Virus record (IMG/VR): IMGVR_UViG_3300008110_000072
Location: 1,086-65,085 of that record
Origin: a virus
Taxonomy: Duplodnaviria > Caudoviricetes
DNA: 64,000 nucleotides
Reading direction: 5' to 3' (one strand)
In this document: positions 9,048-15,713 of the stretch, piece by piece
Position numbering within the stretch: the first letter of the stretch is position 1
Layout of the letters: each line of letters opens with the position of its first letter
Translations under genes and position numbers: made by a program
The notes under the pieces: generated by a model
What the model was told of the DNA's origin: nothing
Database searches by the model: none
Seen by the model: the letters and a program-made list of their open reading frames with translations, nothing else

Positions 9048-9443
9048 TTATATATCCCCAATAAATTTGCGAGCGCCAGAAGCCTCCAGATATAACGACC
9101 TTGCGCCCTCGGTCATGTTATCGTAGTCCGCCTTGAGGATGTGTGCCACGCAATGCTCCCACCACTCCAACTGCGGCTTGTCGCCCACATATACCACCTG
9201 CTCAAATATCCGTGCGCTGTATCCCTTTTCCGATGTCTTGGTTATAGTGCCAACTATATACTTATGGTTGCCACCTATAAACCCACTATCCAAACCACGC
9301 AAGAATTGCAGCTTATTGTGCATGTCTTCGTGGTTGGTTATTTCCACGCCTGTGTAGTTGAACTTGATGCTGCTATCGGTGGTTGGATAATACACCATGC
9401 CGTAGCTGAATTTGTCCTGCGATTGCTCTTTTAAGTTTTCCAT
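9048..9443 (-). CDS. Hypothetical early protein
   Basis: 131-aa ORF; stop 8 nt before element 1. Confidence 0.7.
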   Translation of the reverse strand: MENLKEQSQDKFSYGMVYYPTTDSSIKFNYTGVEITNHEDMHNKLQFLRGLDSGFIGGNHKYIVGTITKTSEKGYSARIFEQVVYVGDKPQLEWWEHCVAHILKADYDNMTEGARSLYLEASGARKFIGDI

Positions 9444-9484
9444 TTGTATAAAGTGTTAAAGTGTGAATTGTAAATGTCTGAATA

Positions 9485-9531
9485 AAATTTGATTTGTCCA
9501 AAAAAAATAAATTTGATTTGTCCAAAAAAAA
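9485..9531. repeat. Tandem duplication of about 24 bp in an A-tract intergenic region
   Basis: AAATTTGATTTGTCCAAAAAAAA occurs twice. Confidence 0.7.
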
Positions 9532-9638
9532 TATTTGTTCAGCCCGAAAAAGAAATCGTTTGCCGAAAAATACCTTTGGTAAAAAACAAGGCGGGGGCAA
9601 AAATTTTCGCAAGGAAAAAATCTGCCCCCTACCTGCAT

Positions 9639-9929
9639 CTATATGCGTGTCCAAGTTAGCTGCGCATCACGCCACGCATCATCCTCATCGGTTTTCCACG
9701 AGAAGTATAAAGTTTCGGTGAGAGGCTCGAAGCGTATATCGGTTTCCGGCTTAATGTGCAAGAATTCCGTGCCGTAGTGGTCGCACAGCAATTGCTGTAT
9801 TTGAAATGCGGCATTGCGTTCATCGTTGTCCGCTTTCATGTTGAGAACGCCTATCAGGTCGCCCTCATCGCTCCATAGCGCAGGGATGCTTCCGGAAATG
9901 CGCCTAATCATAATGCTTGGTTTGTTCAT
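9639..9929 (-). CDS. Hypothetical early protein
   Basis: MNKPSI start 1 nt after the upstream stop. Confidence 0.6.
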   Translation of the reverse strand: MNKPSIMIRRISGSIPALWSDEGDLIGVLNMKADNDERNAAFQIQQLLCDHYGTEFLHIKPETDIRFEPLTETLYFSWKTDEDDAWRDAQLTWTRI

Positions 9930-9930
9930 A

Positions 9931-10122
9931 TTAGATATACGGATTTGGTTGTAAAACATTTATTGCGTTATCGAGTGCCTGTATAGCATCCCATAGGTAT
10001 GCCTCTGTGGCCTCCTCCTTCACCACGCCTTTTTCGGGGTGGAGGTTTTGCTGCAAAACGGCAAGGTTGTTTTTGAGCATATACAATTCCTGAATTGTAT
10101 CGTGTAATTGCTGTGGTGTCAT
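9931..10122 (-). CDS. Hypothetical early protein
   Basis: MTPQQ start with TATACAC leader. Confidence 0.55.
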   Translation of the reverse strand: MTPQQLHDTIQELYMLKNNLAVLQQNLHPEKGVVKEEATEAYLWDAIQALDNAINVLQPNPYI

Positions 10123-10133
10123 GTGTATACGAA

Positions 10134-10391
10134 TTAAATTACTGGTAAAACATATTCTTCTCCGGATGCAGATGCCCCGCACATCGCACCCCCATCATTG
10201 CCCTCGTCATCACGCATCGGGAGTATATAGCTGCCATCCGTGAATATAATCACCGGTGGGTTGCAATACCACGCCATGCCCCTCATCTCCTCGTCTGTGA
10301 GATAGCGCACCTCTGCAATGGTTTTGCCTACGAGCGTTTTGTTTGCAAGGTCAATCCAACGCTTGCGTACATCAAACTTTTGTGTGTTCAT
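10134..10391 (-). CDS. Hypothetical early protein (LVGKTI..PMRDDEGNDGGA type)
   Basis: ATG 16 nt after element 2; sequence resembles a recurrent small phage protein type. Confidence 0.7.
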   Translation of the reverse strand: MNTQKFDVRKRWIDLANKTLVGKTIAEVRYLTDEEMRGMAWYCNPPVIIFTDGSYILPMRDDEGNDGGAMCGASASGEEYVLPVI

Positions 10392-10407
10392 ATAAACTTT
10401 GTATAAG

Positions 10408-10484
10408 TAATCTGCCATATGGCATTGCCCCGGATGAGGGAATCGAACCCTGCGTATGTATACGCCCGCCTCTCGGCATCCGGC
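10408..10484 (-). ncRNA. tRNA-like element 2 (divergent)
   Basis: CCGGATG..AGGG-TTCGATT-CCCT-CATCCGG-GGCAA-TGCCATATGGCA-GATTA. Confidence 0.7.
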
Positions 10485-10492
10485 TGTGTATA

Positions 10493-10987
10493 TTAGCTAT
10501 GCATGTCTACAAACACCACCCAACGCTCGCCCCCCTCGTGTATGTAATCATCCACTTGTGTAACACCAGTGTGGTCAAAGTGGCAATAGTAGAAGTTATC
10601 GCGTAATACATCAAACCCGATTGCGCTCCCGCCTCGCCCATGTGTTTGGCACAGATATTCGGCTAAGTGTTTTAAACTCCATAATTCATAGTTATCCCAT
10701 TCATATATGTTGGTTTCGCCCGCTCTAAATTTGTCTGCCGCCACATTCCCATATCCCTCGTCTGCAAACCATGTTTTATAAATATTGTTGCAGTCGTCTA
10801 TGGTCATGTTTTCTTTTGGCTGATAGCGACCCTCTCCCGTGCTGTATACGGAATTGCTTTGGCTTACAGCCCCACACATCTCTCTCCAATTGTTTTCGTT
10901 GCCCCAATCAGATATAAAGGTTGTGGCTCTTTCGCACGCTTCTGCTCCTGAGTTAGCGTGCAACACGATGAAATGTAAATTGTGCAT
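10493..10987 (-). CDS. Hypothetical early protein (ends VFVDMHS)
   Basis: Bounded by elements 3 and 2. Confidence 0.7.
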   Translation of the reverse strand: MHNLHFIVLHANSGAEACERATTFISDWGNENNWREMCGAVSQSNSVYSTGEGRYQPKENMTIDDCNNIYKTWFADEGYGNVAADKFRAGETNIYEWDNYELWSLKHLAEYLCQTHGRGGSAIGFDVLRDNFYYCHFDHTGVTQVDDYIHEGGERWVVFVDMHS

Positions 10988-11003
10988 ATAAACTTTGTAT
11001 AAG

Positions 11004-11070
11004 TAATCTGCCATATGGCATTGCTCCGGAGGCGGGAATCGAACCCGCCTTTACGCCCTTGCGCTCCGGA
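11004..11070 (-). ncRNA. tRNA-like element 3
   Basis: TCCGGAG-CGCAAGGGCG-TAAAG-GCGGG-TTCGATT-CCCGC-CTCCGGA-GCAA-TGCCATATGGCA-GATTA. Confidence 0.8.
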
Positions 11071-11076
11071 TGTGTC

Positions 11077-11460
11077 TTACGCCCCTCCCAACATGCGCCT
11101 TTCATGCGCCTCGTATCTTGCATCTATATACGCTTGGCGCTCGTATTCCCGCACCTGCTGCGCCTCGTCTGGATACTCCGCACGGAAGTAGTCCCAATTT
11201 ATTTCGTCCACTACGCTCCTGCCATTGCATCGGTTGCACATTACATGGAAGTTGCCCGCATCGTAATCCTGCAAGCCCTCCCAATCGCCCTCCTCACGCA
11301 TGGTGTCGAGCATCTTCTGCTCGTCCAATCCGTATTCAAAGACGATTCCCTCGCCATTGCACTCAGGGCATAGTATACGCTTAGCGGGCAGGTAGATGGT
11401 GCGTGGCGTGTCTGTAATCTCGCAGTACAGCGCAGGGTGTGTAAATGCTACTTTTTTCAT
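11077..11460 (-). CDS. Zinc-finger protein (two CxxCxG motifs)
   Basis: CPECNGEG and CNRCNGR; bounded by elements 4 and 3. Confidence 0.7.
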   Translation of the reverse strand: MKKVAFTHPALYCEITDTPRTIYLPAKRILCPECNGEGIVFEYGLDEQKMLDTMREEGDWEGLQDYDAGNFHVMCNRCNGRSVVDEINWDYFRAEYPDEAQQVREYERQAYIDARYEAHERRMLGGA

Positions 11461-11476
11461 ATATGTTTTGCTTGTA

Positions 11477-11545
11477 TAATCTGCCGATATTGGCATTGCT
11501 CCGGAGGCGGGAATCGAACCCGCCTTTACGCCCTTGCGCTCCGGA
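11477..11545 (-). ncRNA. tRNA-like element 4
   Basis: Same core as element 3; hairpin TGCCAATATCGGCA. Confidence 0.8.
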
Positions 11546-11552
11546 TAGCATT

Positions 11553-11942
11553 TTACATGCTGTATACGCGGAATCCACCGCCAGTGCCGAGTACATGGTC
11601 GCGCCATGCCTCGCAATTCTCCTTGCCCACCCAATTCACCATCTTGCGCACCTCGTCCACAGACATACGCACCGGAGCGTTCTCGCCCTCGTCATTGCTG
11701 CCTATAATCACTCCGTTGCCGCATATCGGGTAAGCCCAATCGGACATTATATATCCGCCCTCAAACTCGTTATACAAGCCCTCGTCATCAACAAACAGCG
11801 TGTCGCTCTCGTTGAATTGCACGGGGCAAGCGAATGTGCTTACGCCCTCTCCGAGCAGGGGATATATGTCCCGATGATTTGTGCCGCTGATTTCGGCCTC
11901 GTACACTTCGCGCTTTGCGCTGTCAATCACAATCACTTTCAT
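11553..11942 (-). CDS. DUF3846-like protein
   Basis: MKVIVID..LFVDDEGL..PICGNGVIIG..EGE pattern. Confidence 0.7.
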   Translation of the reverse strand: MKVIVIDSAKREVYEAEISGTNHRDIYPLLGEGVSTFACPVQFNESDTLFVDDEGLYNEFEGGYIMSDWAYPICGNGVIIGSNDEGENAPVRMSVDEVRKMVNWVGKENCEAWRDHVLGTGGGFRVYSM

Positions 11943-11955
11943 AAATATATATTGG

Positions 11956-12210
11956 TTAAAATTTGCCTGAGTTGTTATATGCCCAATCGTGAACAAACTC
12001 GTGAATTGCATCTTGCACCTCGTCGAGGTCGAGCACTTCGTCATCGTCCGTATAGTTGCTCTCCCAATCAATGCGCTCGTCATAGTTATCTATCCGGTGT
12101 GTAATGGTGAGGGATAATTCCACCTCTTTGCTGCCGTATACAAGAACGGCCTCTAAGCTTATGCGCTTGGTTGTCCCAACCAACTCCGCATCGTTTACGA
12201 TTATTTCCAT
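11956..12210 (-). CDS. Acidic hypothetical protein
   Basis: ATG with ACACAC leader; D/E-rich. Confidence 0.65.
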   Translation of the reverse strand: MEIIVNDAELVGTTKRISLEAVLVYGSKEVELSLTITHRIDNYDERIDWESNYTDDDEVLDLDEVQDAIHEFVHDWAYNNSGKF

Positions 12211-12217
12211 GTGTGTG

Positions 12218-12424
12218 TTAGTAAGTTATTTCTTGAATTTTCTTTACGGCCTCTTGTATAATCTGCTCGTCAGTGCGCTTGTCCATTGCCTTGTATAGCG
12301 TGTCTGCACACTGGTCATAAACCCCCCAAATCAGGGGGGCTTTGGCGTTATACATTTTTATCATCGCTCTGTCAGCGCAGAAATTGCGCAAGCCTCGCAG
12401 GTCGTGGATTAGGTGTGGGTACAT
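12218..12424 (-). CDS. Hypothetical early protein (MYPHLIH...)
   Basis: Starts 1 nt after the upstream stop. Confidence 0.55.
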   Translation of the reverse strand: MYPHLIHDLRGLRNFCADRAMIKMYNAKAPLIWGVYDQCADTLYKAMDKRTDEQIIQEAVKKIQEITY

Positions 12425-12425
12425 A

Positions 12426-12638
12426 TTATTTTGCGTGAGTTTTGATTGTGCCTTCGATACTTTCCCATGCACGAGATACGGCATACGATTCATCAACATC
12501 GCTGAACATGACATCGCTATATGCGTGTCCGTAGTAGCGGTCGAGCCATTGGTGTTGGTCTTGCGGAAGGATTGACTTTGCCCGCTGCACTTCGTAATTG
12601 AGCGCTCTGAGTGTGGTGGGGGGATTTGTAGGTAACAT
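12426..12638 (-). CDS. Hypothetical early protein (MLPTNPP...)
   Basis: ATG 23 nt after element 5. Confidence 0.55.
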   Translation of the reverse strand: MLPTNPPTTLRALNYEVQRAKSILPQDQHQWLDRYYGHAYSDVMFSDVDESYAVSRAWESIEGTIKTHAK

Positions 12639-12661
12639 AAGCGTAAATTGTTTTGTGTGTA

Positions 12662-12730
12662 TAATCTGCAAAATTGCATTGCTCCGGAAGCGGGAATCGA
12701 ACCCGCCATATACGCCCTTGCGTTTCCGGA
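12662..12730 (-). ncRNA. tRNA-like element 5
   Basis: Compensatory acceptor TCCGGAA/TTCCGGA; hairpin TGCAATTTTGCA. Confidence 0.8.
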
Positions 12731-12745
12731 GGTGGGCATCACGCC

Positions 12746-12964
12746 CTATAACCCATTGAACTCTTTGTTTTCGCCCACCATTCTGCGGAGGTAGTGATTC
12801 ATGGTGTTGCATAGCACCTCAGCCATATGCACCCATTCAAGTTCAGGCTCAGATTCATGCACGGAGGCAAAGTCGTTATACATGAGGCGGCACACAATAT
12901 CGCCCGAAGGATTTTTTACAAGGATTTCTCCTTTAAGGAACGGATTTTTTTCGTATGTATACAT
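12746..12964 (-). CDS. Hypothetical early protein
   Basis: Bounded by elements 6 and 5 (alternative start 12970). Confidence 0.6.
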   Translation of the reverse strand: MYTYEKNPFLKGEILVKNPSGDIVCRLMYNDFASVHESEPELEWVHMAEVLCNTMNHYLRRMVGENKEFNGL

Positions 12965-12979
12965 AAACATTTGGTTTGG

Positions 12980-13048
12980 TAATCTGCCATATGGCATTGC
13001 TCCGGAAGCGGGAATCGAACCCGCCATATACGCCCTTGCGTTTCCGGA
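12980..13048 (-). ncRNA. tRNA-like element 6
   Basis: Core identical to element 5; hairpin TGCCATATGGCA. Confidence 0.8.
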
Positions 13049-13055
13049 TGCGCCC

Positions 13056-13286
13056 TCAGCTAGGGCTTGTATAGAAGTGTGCAAGTGCAATCGCTGCCAC
13101 CTTGCTGATGTTGCGCCTTATGCCCACCACTTGTATGAGTGCGGGGAGCGACAGGTCTTTACACACCTCGGCAAAGGCCATGCCCTCTGCAAGCTTGTGT
13201 ATAGGATTGGCGTTGGCAGGAAGCGAGTTCTTGCGTAGGTGTGCCACCACTGCGGGGGTGAGCATGCCGTGTTCTGTGTAGGTCAT
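13056..13286 (-). CDS. Hypothetical early protein (MTYTEHG...)
   Basis: Downstream of a consensus promoter; stop 7 nt before element 6. Confidence 0.6.
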   Translation of the reverse strand: MTYTEHGMLTPAVVAHLRKNSLPANANPIHKLAEGMAFAEVCKDLSLPALIQVVGIRRNISKVAAIALAHFYTSPS

Positions 13287-13318
13287 GTGTATAAACGACA
13301 AAGTGTGAAACGAAAGGA

Positions 13319-13351
13319 CAAATGTAATGTGGCGGGAAAACGAAATGCAAA
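13319..13351 (-). promoter_or_regulatory. Bacteroidota sigma-70-type promoter
   Basis: TTTG-N21-TACATTTG, with upstream A/T tracts. Confidence 0.75.
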
Positions 13352-13452
13352 TTTTTTTTCGACAAAAGCCGGAAAAAGTTTCGATTTGCTGCTTATTATC
13401 TAAGATAAAGGATGCGAAAAAATTTTTTACAATTTTCATTTTGCTCCTTACC

Positions 13453-13623
13453 TCAGTCTGCATCCCTCTCGTGATACAGCAGGAGCGCAGCCATTGCGCT
13501 GTATACGCAAAGGAAGAAGCACTCAGCCACGATATATTCCGGGCTGATATACATCAGGACAAGGGTGAAAAATACGGCTACAACGCACAGAAACGCGAGG
13601 CCATTGCGGAGAAAGTTAGGCAT
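13453..13623 (-). CDS. Small two-TM membrane protein
   Basis: Hydrophobic; ATG 18 nt after element 7. Confidence 0.6.
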   Translation of the reverse strand: MPNFLRNGLAFLCVVAVFFTLVLMYISPEYIVAECFFLCVYSAMAALLLYHERDAD

Positions 13624-13641
13624 GTGTATATAATTTGTGTA

Positions 13642-13715
13642 TAATCTGCGCACCATTACGCATTGCTCCGGAGGCGGGAATCGAACCCGCCTTGTATACG
13701 CCCTTGCGCTCCGGA
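13642..13715 (-). ncRNA. tRNA-like element 7
   Basis: Core as element 3; hairpin variant TGCGTAATGGTGCGCA. Confidence 0.8.
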
Positions 13716-13724
13716 TGTGGGGTG

Positions 13725-14015
13725 TTACCCCATATAGCTGGTATCAAACCCGTTATTGCGTAAGCAATCTAAAATGCATTCGGGAAGAGAAAACACGCCA
13801 TCGTAATCAACCAACATCTTGTTTTCATCAAACCATAGGCCGCCCTCCGCATACCACTCGCCACCGCCCGTGGCTATGTCATACATTTCAAACCACCCGT
13901 AGGAGTTATCCTCCCGCACACCCACCTCCACACGGAGTGTAACCTCCTCATGTTTAAGCGTGCCAAATGAGTTTTCTAATGACAAATGCTCCACCGCTTC
14001 GAATATAAATTCCAT
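13725..14015 (-). CDS. Acidic hypothetical protein (YAEGGLWF..LVDYDGVFSLP)
   Basis: Bounded by elements 8 and 7. Confidence 0.7.
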   Translation of the reverse strand: MEFIFEAVEHLSLENSFGTLKHEEVTLRVEVGVREDNSYGWFEMYDIATGGGEWYAEGGLWFDENKMLVDYDGVFSLPECILDCLRNNGFDTSYMG

Positions 14016-14035
14016 AACTTTTTTTGGTTTGTGTA

Positions 14036-14124
14036 TAATCTGCAAAATTGCATTGCTCCGGAGGCGGGAATCGAACCCGCTATACAGCACACACACACAA
14101 GGCTGTATACGCCAACGCTCCGGA
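14036..14124 (-). ncRNA. tRNA-like element 8
   Basis: Core plus inserted helix TATACAGC..GCTGTATA with a (GT)n loop. Confidence 0.8.
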
Positions 14125-14134
14125 TGTGTGGGGC

Positions 14135-14458
14135 TTAGCGCCCCTCTTCGGTTTCCGTTATCCGGATGATTTCAAGCGGGTGCATGGTGTTTGTATATCC
14201 ACTGATACTTTGGCCGTTGTATACATCGTTTTTAACTATGCTAATAGTTAAGTGTCTGTTGTTATACCAAAGTTTGTAGTAATATTTTGTGCCAATTAAC
14301 AGGCCGTGCAATTCACTTGCAAGGGCAAGGCCACGCGACATTCCATGACACGCTGATTCGTGTAGGTGTTGGTATTCAAACAGCAGGGAAATAATTCCTT
14401 TGATTGGCTGCTCTTTAAGAGCGCTTGTTGTAAGGCCGACTAATTTAGCTTGTAACAT
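14135..14458 (-). CDS. Hypothetical early protein
   Basis: MLQAKL start; stop 10 nt before element 8. Confidence 0.55.
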   Translation of the reverse strand: MLQAKLVGLTTSALKEQPIKGIISLLFEYQHLHESACHGMSRGLALASELHGLLIGTKYYYKLWYNNRHLTISIVKNDVYNGQSISGYTNTMHPLEIIRITETEEGR

Positions 14459-14491
14459 AATTGTATACGAAGTATAAGAGTGAAACAAAAA

Positions 14492-14722
14492 TTAACGGAT
14501 AACTACGGCTGTGTTGGTTTCATCATGTGTATACAACACGGGGATGGTGTCGCCTACATGATAGGCCGTGTCAATGTGCAGGGCGTATACAACACCCCCT
14601 CCCAGAGGGCGCACAATACGCTTGCAATTGTGTGGACGCTTGATTGTGGCAAGCGGGGTGTGTGATTGCTCACATGATGCGAGAGATGCGAGGGCGAGGA
14701 CGAAAACGATAGCTTTGAACAT
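14492..14722 (-). CDS. Small putative lipoprotein
   Basis: Signal peptide MFKAIVFVLALASLAS-C with lipobox-like LASC. Confidence 0.65.
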   Translation of the reverse strand: MFKAIVFVLALASLASCEQSHTPLATIKRPHNCKRIVRPLGGGVVYALHIDTAYHVGDTIPVLYTHDETNTAVVIR

Positions 14723-14739
14723 ATATATTTTGGTTTGTA

Positions 14740-14816
14740 TAATCTGCCATATGGCATTGCTCCGGAGAGGGGATTCGAACCCCTATACAGCTATGCTGTA
14801 TACGCCTTGCTCCGGA
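14740..14816 (-). ncRNA. tRNA-like element 9
   Basis: Compensatory T-stem AGGGG-TTCGAAT-CCCCT; helix TATACAGC-ATA-GCTGTATA. Confidence 0.8.
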
Positions 14817-14828
14817 GGGCGGAACGGG

Positions 14829-15689
14829 CTATTGCCCGTCTTCGATAAGTCCCGCTGCTTTGAGCATGTCGGGCAAGTTCCATGTGTTGCGATTTGTCAT
14901 CGTGATGGGCGAGATGATGATTTCGTCATTCTTGCGCTCCACAGAGGGCGTGTTTGTGTTCAGGAAGTGCTTGTGTGTGTCGTGCCACGCACAGAACCCG
15001 CACTCCTCACCGAGGGCTGTGCCAGTCATGCCCATAAGCATGGCGCGGTTCATGGGTGTGCTGAGTGCGCTGACGAGTGTATACGGGTCGAGAGGCTGCC
15101 CATAATCGCATACATTGATTTTCCACAAATAATGCCACCGCTTGCCGTTGCCATGAGCATCACCGCCCCACTCAAATATAATGCGAACATTATATTTCGC
15201 GAGGGCTGCCGTATACAAGTCGGCAATCATCATATATTTTTCGGTTGCCTCACGAGCATCCACACCTGCTGACATGCCGTGTATAACGCGGATGGTGAGG
15301 TTGGACTTTATACATTCTTCGGGCTGAATTGTATAGAAGCACTCAGGCTGACCTTGCATGTATGCATCCACATCGAGAATTTCTCCGCATGTGTCCCGCA
15401 CAAAATTCATTTCGTGCGAGGGGCTTGCCGGAATATTAAGTTCCGAAGGCTTGTATAATTTCTGCACATCGGGCAATGCCCCACCATAGGTGTTAAGGTG
15501 CATCAGCATTGTTTCGGCTGTCTTGTATATGCCTGCACCCACCCAATCGCCCTGCCATGCACGGCGTATGTGTTCGGAAATATTGGGTAGAACATTGCTA
15601 ATCAGGTCTTTATACGACATTTCTGCGTTTTGCGGCAAGCCCGTAGCGGTGGGCTTGCTTGCGTTGCGGGTGTTAGTGCGCTTTGCCAT
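14829..15689 (-). CDS. Partner of the AAA+ ATPase (CobT/vWA-like, degenerate)
   Basis: Directly downstream of the ATPase; DVDAYMQGQPECF motif; K..GQPLD segment. Confidence 0.5.
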   Translation of the reverse strand: MAKRTNTRNASKPTATGLPQNAEMSYKDLISNVLPNISEHIRRAWQGDWVGAGIYKTAETMLMHLNTYGGALPDVQKLYKPSELNIPASPSHEMNFVRDTCGEILDVDAYMQGQPECFYTIQPEECIKSNLTIRVIHGMSAGVDAREATEKYMMIADLYTAALAKYNVRIIFEWGGDAHGNGKRWHYLWKINVCDYGQPLDPYTLVSALSTPMNRAMLMGMTGTALGEECGFCAWHDTHKHFLNTNTPSVERKNDEIIISPITMTNRNTWNLPDMLKAAGLIEDGQ

Positions 15690-15713
15690 GTGTGTGTTAT
15701 ATGTGTGAGGAAA

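Noticed and set aside
8745-14757. Shared protein motifs AGSIPASGAMP / GFDSRLRSNA / MADYLYKVY at ORF N-termini
   Set aside because: Translations of the non-coding repeat appearing in several frames; true starts are the ATGs downstream of GATTA
8947-14816. CRISPR array interpretation of the repeats
   Set aside because: Intervals are 250-1400 bp of intact genes, the repeats are 67-93 bp and variable, and no cas genes are present
8947-14816. Canonical tRNA genes or tRNA-derived attP sites
   Set aside because: Most copies lack anticodon and D arms and none has CCA; nine copies and no integrase argue against attP
14568-15272. Plus-strand 234-aa ORF (and 11445-12104) in the early region
   Set aside because: Antisense to well-packed minus-strand genes and running through the repeats
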